This document shows positions 54,541-64,000 of a stretch of DNA of 64,000 nucleotides, in pieces (the first letter of the stretch is position 1; each line of letters opens with the position of its first letter). A program made the translations under genes and the position numbers. The notes under the pieces were generated by a model. That model did no database searches. It saw nothing but the letters and a program-made list of their open reading frames with translations, and had not been told where the DNA came from. Origin of the DNA: Eledone cirrhosa (taxonomy: Eukaryota); the NCBI GenBank assembly GCA_964016885.1, contig OZ024740.1, positions 239,630,001 to 239,694,000 on the forward strand, given 5' to 3'.

Positions 54541-57500
54541 TAATGGAAAATTTGAACAGGAACAAAACAGAGAGGCAGTACAACGAATGTTTATTAATTT
54601 CACGCTCTGGGGAGTGAGGTGGTGGTGGGGAACGACGTTTCGGGCATAAGCCCTTCATCAGGTGAGAAGTGTGTGGGAAGAGAGTTAAAAGGGTGTGTAG
54701 GGGAGTGGTGGAGAGACATATAGCGAAAAGGGGTGGGAGGAAACGGTGTGAATGAAATTAAAAATAAAAATAAAAATAAAGCATGATCAAAATAAAATGA
54801 AATGAAATAAAAATAAAAGCATGATCAAAATAAACTGAAATTAAAAAGGGGTAAAACAGGTGGTAGAAGGGTGTGAGGTGTGTAGGGGTGGTGGCGGGTG
54901 GAGTGGGGAGAGGGAGACGGGGTGTCCGAGCGGGGAGGGCTGAAGGTGGTGTGTGTGTATAGGTCTACGTGTGTGTGTGTGTGTGTGTATGTGAAAGCAA
55001 GTGTTGGGGGAAGAACGGGGTTGCATGTTCAGGAAGAGGTGAGTCTGGGGTGGGGTCTAGGTAGGAGTGTGTGTGCGTGTGTGGATAGAGGGGTGGGGGG
55101 AGAGGAATCCGGAGGCTGAAGGTGTAAATATGTGGTGGAAAGCACGTGTGTGTGGGTGTGTGTTTAGTGTGAGCGCGTGTATATATGTGCCGGTGGGTGT
55201 GTGCGTGTGATAAGGAGAGGGAGGAGAAGAAGGGAGGGATATTAGTATGTTAGTTGGGGAAGGGTGGTCGGATGAGGGGTGGAGTGGAGGTGTTAGTATT
55301 GTTAGTTGTGGGGTGGGCGGTGAAAAGGAGGGATGTGTTAGTGGTGTTAGTGGGGGATATGTGTGGGGGGAGGGGGGCAGTCGAAGGCTAAAGGAATAAG
55401 GGTGGAGAGTTCCGGCCGGGGGGAGTGTGGGTCTGTAAGATGAAGATGGTTCTTTGTTCAACTCTGAGGAGATTGGCATTGGTGTAGGCCACAGACTGTG
55501 AGATGGCGTGCGGAATATCCAGGAGCACCAAAGTGGCGGGCGATGGGGGAACTACCACCGAGACGAATATCCCGGAGGTGTTCAGTTAACCGGTCCGCCA
55601 GGCGATGCCCAGTCTGTCCGATGTAGGTTGCGCTGCACTCCGTGCAGCAAAGTCCGTACACTAGGTTGGAGGAGGTGCAGCGGAAGGCATGCCGGACAGA
55701 GAGAGAATGGGGACCCTGGAAGGTGGTGGTGTTGGTGATGTGGGGACAGGTGTTGCAGCGGGGCCTAGAATAGGGAAAGGAACCGGGGGGGGGGAAGAGC
55801 GTGCGTTGGGGGTAGGGAGCTGTGGACGAAGAGGGTGCGGAGAGTGCGTGCGCGTTTGAAGGAGGGGAGTGGTGGGGTTGGGAAGATGTGGGAGGTGGAG
55901 GGGTAGGACTGGAGGCGTCGGAAGAGGCGGCGGATGGTGCGGTGGAGGGGTATGGTGGAGGGGTGGTAGGTGATGGGGAAGGGGAGACGGTGGGTGGGTG
56001 TGCGGTGGCGTGGGGTGAGGGTGGTGGAGCGGTGGACAGCACAGGCGCGGGTGAGAATGGTGTGGACGAGAGAGTGTGGTAACCTCTGCGGATGAAAGGG
56101 AAAGGGCCTGGGACTCAAAGTCGGCATCTCGGCTACAGAGGCTGCGGATCCTGAGGAGTTGGGAGTAGGGAATAGAGTGTTTAGTGTGTGTGGGGTGGGA
56201 AGAGGTGAAGTCGAGGTAAGAGTGGGAGTCGGTGGGTTTGAAGAAGGCGGAGGTGACGAGGGAGTGGTGGGAGGGGTCGAAGGCGACGGAGATGTCTAAG
56301 AAGTGGACGTGGGTGGTGGAGATAGAGGTGGTGAAGTGGAGGGAGGGGTGGAAGGAGCAGAGCAAAAGAAGGAGAGAAAGGAGACGAGCTGTTCTCGGGT
56401 GAGGGTCGTGGCTCCGATACAGTCGTCAATGTAACGACCGTACAGTTCGGGCGTGGGGCCGGTGTACTGGGCAAAGATTTGGGCCTCAACATGGCCAACA
56501 AAAAGGTTGGCATAGTTCGGGCCCATTCTTGTACCCATGGCTACCCCCGTGACCTGTTGGTAAAACTCACCCGAGAAGGAGAAACAATTGAGGGTGAGGA
56601 CCAGCTCGGCGAAGCGAAGGCGGGTGGAGGTGGATGGAATGGGGGAGGGGCGAAGGTCGAGGTAGTGTTTGAGGGCGCGTAGGCCGTCGGCGTGGGGGAT
56701 GACGGTATAGAGGGACTTGATGTCTAGGGTGAAGAGGAAGGGCTGTGGGCCGGGTGGGTAGGTGAAGGAGTCGAAAAGGCGCAGGGCGTGGTTGGTGTCG
56801 GAGATGTGGGAGTGGAGGGTGGTGACAAGGGGGGCGAGGATGGAGTCGAGAAAGGCGGAGATGAGTTTGGTGGGGCAGTTGCAAGCGGAGACGATGGGGC
56901 GGCCGGGGTTGTTGGGTTTGTGGAGTTTGGGGTGGAAGTAGATGGTGGCGGTGAGGGGGGTGCGGACGATGTGGTGGGAAGCGGTGGGGGGGAGGGAGGA
57001 GGAGACAAGGTGTTGGATGGTGGAGCAAACTTGTTGTTGGTAGAGGGGTGTGGGATCGGAGGGTAGAGGGCGGTAGAAGAGGGGGTTACAGAGCTGCCTG
57101 AGGGCTTCGGCCGTGTAGAGGTCCGCGCGCCATACCACCACGGCGCCTCCCTTGTCCGCCGGTTTGATGACGATGTCATCTCGGCTACGGAGGGAGAGGA
57201 GAGCGAGGAGTTCGCCCCGTGAGATATTATTTCGTTTGGAACGGTGGCGGAAGTCGAAACGATTTACTGCGCTACAGCTGGCATCGACGAACGCGTCCAG
57301 GGTGCTAAATTGCCCTGGGGCCGGCGTCCAAGAAGATGGTCGTCGGCCCAGGGCGAGAAACGGGTCTGGGGCGTCCGGAGCCGGTGGCGTTCGGCCGAAA
57401 TGTGCCTGTAGCTTCGTGCGTCGCATGAATCGCTCGACTTCCGTTCGGGTGCGGAACTCGTCGCTGTGCGGAGTGTGGGGTATGAAGCGAAGGCCTCTAC

Positions 57501-58562
57501 TAAGGAGTGAGCACTCAGGTGCGGAGAGGGGGAGGTCAGGGGGTATGGTGACAACAAGTGGTGGGGTTTGGGTATGTGGGGGTGAGGGGTGAGGTGGAGA
57601 TTGGGTAGGGGTGTGGGTCGAGGGAGGGGTGGAGAATGGTGGGCTCATGAGGATGGGCGGATGGTGGTGGATGGGGGTGGTTGGGAGGAGTGAGTGTAGC
57701 TTGCGGGCTTTGGTGGAGCTGAGGAAGGAGTAGAGGTTGTGGTTGAGGTTTTGGATGAAGGAGAGGATGGCTTGGGCGAGGAGGGGGTGGCAGGTGTAGT
57801 TAAGGCGGAGGAGGGTGGGGGTCAGTTGGTGTTCAAGTTGGCGGAGGGTGGAACGGGAGGCGCGGAAGGAGTTGCGCATCAGGAGGCGTGAGGATCGGGT
57901 GAGGATACGTTGCGTGGAGGGGGAAGCGGCGAGGGAAGTGTGGAAGTGTAGACGGAAGCCGAGGGGGATAAGGTGGAGGCGGAGGCAGTGGCTGAGGAAA
58001 TGGATGTGGCTGGAGTGTCGGGTTTTGGCGAAGAGAAGGTAGGAGAGTTGAAGTCAGAGGGGAGATAGCAGGGTGGGAGGAGGGGGGTGAGGAAAAGTTT
58101 GAGGCGATTATGTAGTTGGTGGAGAAAGGATCTCAGGCTGGGCATGGTGGGCGTTGGGTGAAAGCAGGGGGAGGGATGAGAAAGCAGGTGTGTGAAGCGG
58201 GGTGGAGTGAACGAAGGAGTGAGTGCGAAGGATAGGCAGATACGGGGAAGGGAAAATGAAACAGAAAAACGTAAGGAGGGGAGAGTATACACAGGAAAAT
58301 TAAAGACAAAAAATCATAAAGGTAAAAACACAGGCAATCGTGAACAAAAAATCATAGAAATAAAATTGTAAGAATACAGGCAAAAAATCATATACGGAAA
58401 TAAACAAGTACAGTAACAAAATCAAAAAAAGGTAATGCGTGGAAGGAAAGACCAAGTGTGGGAAGGTGTGTAAAGTTCGGAGAAAGGTCACGGCGGATTA
58501 GATCGGGGTTGAGCCGGTAGTTAAGTTATGTTCCAAAGGAATGGAAGCCGTGTGAGCGTGTA
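54541..58562 (-). mobile_element. Near full-length Neptune-type Penelope-like element (frameshifted)
   Basis: LLSRGLRFIP, IKPADKGGAVV, YFHPKLHK, GRPIVS, LDIKSLYTVIPH, RYIDD, RCNTC, NLVYGLCCTECSATYIGQT. Confidence 0.95.
54631..54666 (-). ncRNA. Hammerhead core in 3' terminal repeat
   Basis: CTCAC-CTGATGA-A-GGGC-TTAT-GCCC-GAAA-C-GTC-GTT; no adjacent stem I partner. Confidence 0.55.
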
Positions 58563-58569
58563 TTATATA

Positions 58570-60014
58570 TAATGGAAAATTTGAACAGGAACAAAACAGA
58601 GGCAGTACAACGAATGTTTATTAATTTCACGCTCTGGAGAGTGAGGTGGTGGTGGGGAACGACGTTTCGGGCATAAGCCCTTCCTCAGGTGAGAAGTGTG
58701 TGGGAAGAGAGTTCAAAGGGTGTGTAGAGGAGTGGTGGAGAGACATATAGCGAAAAGGGGGTGGGAGGAAACGGTGCGAATGAAATTAAAAATAAAAATA
58801 AAAATAAAGCATGATCAAAATAAAATGAAATGAAATAAAAATAAAAGCATGATCAAAATAAACTGAAATTAAAAAGGGGTAAAACAGGTGGAAGGGTGTG
58901 GGGTGTGTAGGGGTGGTGGCGGGTGGAGTGGGGAGAGCGAGACGGGGTGTCCGAGCGGGGAGGGCTGAAGGTGGTGTGTGTGTAGTTGTACGTGTGTTTG
59001 TGTGTGTGTGTATGTGAAAGCAAGGGTTGGGGGAAGAACGGGGTTGCATGTTCAGGAATAGGTGAGTGTGGGGTGGGGTGTACGTCGGAGTGTGTGTGCG
59101 TGTGTGGATAGAGGGGTGGGGGGAGAGGAATCCGGAGGCTGAAGGTGTAAATATGTGGTGGAAAGCACGTGTGTGTGGGGTTTAAGCGTGTTGTGGGTGT
59201 AGGTGGCGTGTGGAAGAAAAACATTTTTTGGGGTGTGTGTGTGTGTGGGTGAGTTATATAGGTGATTCCGTAAGAGGATGTGGTTGAAATGTTGGTAAAC
59301 TCCTATGATGGTAGTAGATTCCACGGTCAAGCTCCACATACGAGTATTCCATGAAGAGATGGTCGGAAGAGGAGAGATGTGGGGTGCGCGTGCAACAGGA
59401 AGTGGTCAAGGCGGTAGGAGTGCTGTGTGTCTGTGTGTGCAGGGAGGTGGTCAGAGGGCATAGCAGCAGTCGGGTGGAATGGTAAAGGGGCGAGGATGGG
59501 TAGGTGTGAAAGTTGGAGTGAGGAGGGTGTGTGTGTATTAGTAGAGGTGTTAGTGGGATGAGTGAGTGTGGAGAAAGGGTGTGGGTGGAGCGGGGAGAGA
59601 AGGGTGTGGGGGTCGATGGAGAGAGTGTGGTGTACTGGTGTGTGTGTAGTTTTATGAAGGGGGTGTTAGTGGGTGTTAGTATACGGGAGGTGGAGAAAGG
59701 GTTGAATGCAGGTGTGAGTGGGGGTTAGTGGTGGTAGGGTGTGTAGAGTTGGTGGTGTACGAGGGTGTGTGGGTACGTGTGCGTGGGGTTGGGGGTGTTA
59801 GTGATGTTAGTTGCGTGTGGGGTGGGTGGTGTAAGTGGGTGCGTGTGTTCGTGTGCTTGGGGTCAGGGGGTGTTAGTGATGTTAGTTGCGGAGTGGTGGG
59901 ATGGAGGTGTGGGAGTGACGGTTAGTGGTGGTAGTAGGGTGTGTGTTTAGTGTGAGCGCGTGTATATATGTGCCGGTGGGTGCGTGCGTGTGATAAGGAG
60001 GGGGGAGGAGGAGG
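58570..60014 (-). mobile_element. Upstream direct pseudo-LTR of the Neptune-like element, HHR core at 58658-58693
   Basis: Direct repeat of 54541-55230, with ~770 extra bp also present in the 39-41.7 kb copy. Confidence 0.9.
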
Positions 60015-60400
60015 AAGCAGGTAAAAGTCCTGAGGACATATCCGGGATTTCGCAAACATGGTAGCATTAGCCAACAACATGTCAACCGCTTTTGCGTCTC
60101 AGTGTGTGCGTGTATGCTTGTTTGTCTGTGTACTGAATGACAACATGACTAAATTAAATCGTGTTTCTTGTTTTGGTTCTAAGAAAACTCTGGAGATACT
60201 ATTTCTCAGATGGCTGATAATTAATTTATCAAAACTTTACAATTCTCTTTAATGCAATACTTTTCTTACTGATGTCATTGTTAGAAGAAAAAATCTGAAA
60301 GATTTCTCTATATATCTTCACTAGAAAAGAATCATTCCCTTAGATACACTCAGACACACGCACACAGACAGAGACAGACACAAACACTTGAAATAAACGT

Positions 60401-60531
<131 letters not shown>

Positions 60532-60945
60532 GAGTTAAAGAAGATTCAATGAGTATATCAAAGAATGAGTTATACAGTAGATTGGAAGCACTCTACTAAA
60601 AATAATTTTCCAGAGTTATTAATATTAAAATACAAATATTAATAATATCGATGTTCTTTTGATCAATTACATTTTATTATACATATTTCGGATGTTTCAA
60701 GAAAAGCGTTGGTTATAGAGATTTAAAAATGTATGATACTACAAGTTATGTTTATCTAGGAAAACATCTCATGAATTATAACAGTCAATAAGAGCCACTG
60801 AAATAGGATTTATAGAGAGGGAAAGATAAGGTGGGTAATATATGAAGAAGGAGATTTTTTACGAAAGTTAAACGGTTAAGTTTGAAAATATTTAATTTAT
60901 GCTATTTTAGGGTGAAGAATCAAGATTTTAGGGTTTTTTTTAAAA

Positions 60946-63900
60946 ATTGCTGGTTATTTATATTTATTAGTTTTGTAAATTCTATAAGTATGTTAACATT
61001 TCTAAACTTCTGAATTTTATGAGGATAACATTTAAATGATTTAGCTGGCCAGCGAAAAGGAAAGTTTACACTGTTGAATATTTTCCTAAATGTAAACTTT
61101 AACTAAGATAATTGTTTCTAGTTTTGGCACAAGGCCAGCAATTACCCAGTACATTACTGGTACTTTATTTTATCGACCCCGTAAGGATGAAAGGCAAAGT
61201 TGACCTCGGCGGGATTTGAACTCAGAATGGAAAGGGCCGTAACTCTATGCGTCAAAGCATGACGTCCGACCCTTTACCGATACTGCCAATCGACAATGTC
61301 AACATATTCGGTATGTAAAGCTTATGAAGTACTTATTGTTAGAAATATTTAAATAACAATTATGTATATAGACATATATTAATGCGCCAGTATATTTTAG
61401 GTAAATCATAACGAAAATAAAAATAAAATAATAGATTGAGGCAAGCTAAATTTAAATATATACCTATATATAACATGGTGTAAATGCATTAATTATTCAT
61501 AGTTCAAAATAAATAATAATCAAGGAATTTAGAAGTTAACTAAAAATTATGTATATGGATATATATTAGGTATTAGTGATACAGTATACTTTAGGTAAAT
61601 GATAACGGTTATAATTTTATTTAATAAAGTTCGACGTGTTACAGTTAAATACATATATATATATATACGAAATACAATAATAAATGCATGGCTGATTCTG
61701 AGATCAAAATAAGGCCTATAATAATAGTTTGGATATTTGCTCTATATTTGAATCATGGATATAAAAATGCAGTAGGTATATTTAAAAACATAGAAAATAT
61801 AATTACATACATATTATAAATAAGAGATCAAAAACGCATGAAAGATTCACAGTTAGAAATAAGTTCCGTAAAAATGTATGAGTTGGATATTAAACTAAAA
61901 TTTTAAACTTAGATAGGATGATAAAGATAGAGAAATAAAGAAATAATGGTATGGATCAAAGTTAATAATATTATGTTATGTATATCAATGTTCCCGCGTG
62001 TTATTGAACAAGTGTCTTTTATTCGAGCGTTATTTCTTCTGTAGATAGTTATAAGATAATGCAATATTAATGGACATTAATGTTTTTACCTGTTGATTAT
62101 ATACGTCTGACAACCAAGCTTTTAATGATTTAGTGTTTCTTTCTCTTTTTGTTTCTAGTTTTGTGGGAGGCTAAGAATGTGGATGTAGCTTTATGAAGGC
62201 AATTAGAGAATAATTCACTTTTTTTGTTAATTAGGGTCTCATAGTTATTTATAATCAACAGGGTCTCCATTGTACAGAGCGCGCTCTGATATACTAGATT
62301 TGCGGTAAACTCCACAATTCAGAAGTTTTGTCCAAAGAATGGAGTATTTTAAATTCCTCTCTTTTAATGACCATATGAGCTGTGATAAAGAAGTGGATGA
62401 TTTCCTCTTGGAGTTCGAGAATGAGCATTTATGGTTCGCAAATCTGGCTTTAAAAGTAGAAGAAATCGATCCTATGTAGTTGTATGTGTTGTGATCAGTT
62501 TTTAGGGTGCATTTATAAACAAAATTACTATCTAGACAATTATTTTGCAAAGGGCAATCAGTTTTATTTCTACAATTACATTTTGGTTTAGTATCATTTA
62601 TGTTAACTCTATTATTAAGATCATTATGCTGGTTTTGTTTTAGGATTTTAGTGTTTAATTTGGCAATGTTTTGGGCCATGTTCATAGTTGTAGAATACGA
62701 GAATTTAATGGTATGTCTATTAAAAATGGAATGGTATTTGTGTTGAGTAGGGACAGAGGTGTCCAAAGTGATAAAGAATAATTTTGCAATTGGTGGTTTA
62801 ACTGCGACCGAAGCAGGGGGGGTGGGGGACCATATGACTGATTTAGTTCTAGTTCTTATCCTCGATTTATTTGGCGTATGGGTGTTTGAATTATAATTAT
62901 TAGAGTTTCTCTTATATATGTTATTATTTTTATCAAGATTAATACTTGGATTATTATTATCTACATATTCTATATTATTCATATATCCTGCTCTTTTTAA
63001 CGCGTTGTTGTAGTATTCAGCGTTTTCATCGAATATAGCATATGTTTATGTATAGAAAGATACATGGAGGTATATATATGGATATATATTAGGTATTAGT
63101 GATACAGTATACTTTAGGTAAATGATAACAGTTATAATTTTATATAATAAAGTTCGACGTGTTACAGTTAAATATATATATATATATAAGAAAAGCAATA
63201 ATAAATGCATGGGTAATTCTGAGTTCAAAATAAGGTCTATAATAATTTATAGTTTGGATATTTGCTCTATATTTGAATCTTTCATGCGTTACTGATCTCT
63301 TATTTATAATATGTATGTAATTATATTTTTCTATGTGTTTAAATACTGCATTTTTATATCCATGATTCAAATATAGAGCAAATATCCAAACTATAAATTA
63401 TTATAGACCTTATTTTGAACTCAGAATTATCTATGCATTTATTATTGTTTTTCTTATATATATATATGTATTTAACTGAAACACGTCGAAATTTATTATA
63501 TAAAATTATAACCGTTATCATTTACCTAAAGTATACTGTATTACTAATACCTAATATATATCCATATATACCTCCCTGAATCTTTCTATACATAATATTT
63601 AGTTAACTTCTAAATTTCTTGATTATTATTTATTTTGAACTATGAATAATTAATGCATTTACACCCGGTTATATATAGGTATATATTTAACTTTAGCATG
63701 CCTCAATCTATTATTTTATTTTTATTTTCGTTATCATTTACCTAAAATATACTGGCTCGTTAATATATATCTATATACATAGTCGTTATTTAAATATTTC
63801 TAACAATAAGTAAGCTTTACATACCGAATATGTTGACATTATCTTAGTTAAAGTTTACATTTAGGAAAATATTCAACAGTGTAAACTTTCCTTTTCGCTG

Positions 63901-64000
63901 GCCAGCTAAATCCTTTAAATGTTATCCTCATAAAATGCAGAACTTTAGAAATTTACACTTATAGAATTTACAAAATTAATAAATATAAATAACCAGCAAG
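60946..64000 (-). mobile_element. PLE remnant: GIY-YIG fragment inside long inverted repeats
   Basis: ORF 62245-62982 IFNRHTIKFSYS, CNCRNKTDCPL, FVYKC, YIG, FKARFANH; frameshifted end ALC..E..SELFSNCLH; 60946-61820 inverted vs 63290-64000. Confidence 0.88.
61108..61291 (-). mobile_element. tRNA SINE inserted in one arm of the PLE inverted repeat
   Basis: Full SINE body; empty site at ~63830-63850. Confidence 0.9.

Overview
Eukaryotic, AT-rich, repeat-saturated DNA. The SINE families recall octopod cephalopods; this is inferred from memory, not from a search. No intact host gene is evident apart from one weak terminal-exon candidate near 50 kb. The window is mostly retroelements sitting in microsatellites. 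(1) Three R4/Dong-like RLE non-LTR elements are stacked in a (TAA)n array (9.2-15.1 kb). (2) A GC-rich CRE-clade element lies at 22-24.3 kb. (3) R4 and RTE pieces sit in (TATG)n at 33-36.4 kb. (4) Several Penelope-like element (PLE) families occur: two Neptune-type RT/GIY-YIG copies, another PLE RT, and three GIY-YIG 3' fragments. (5) There are many tRNA-derived SINEs. The most striking signal is non-coding. About 20 hammerhead ribozyme (HHR) motifs from roughly 10 sequence families can be folded by eye in short PLE-derived units inside (TA)n arrays. They include a U3-A8 compensatory core, a CAGAAGA core and long stem II forms. Many of these units have a stereotyped fold-back geometry and share a GAG-centred tail motif. 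All folds are manual and untested; element boundaries are approximate.
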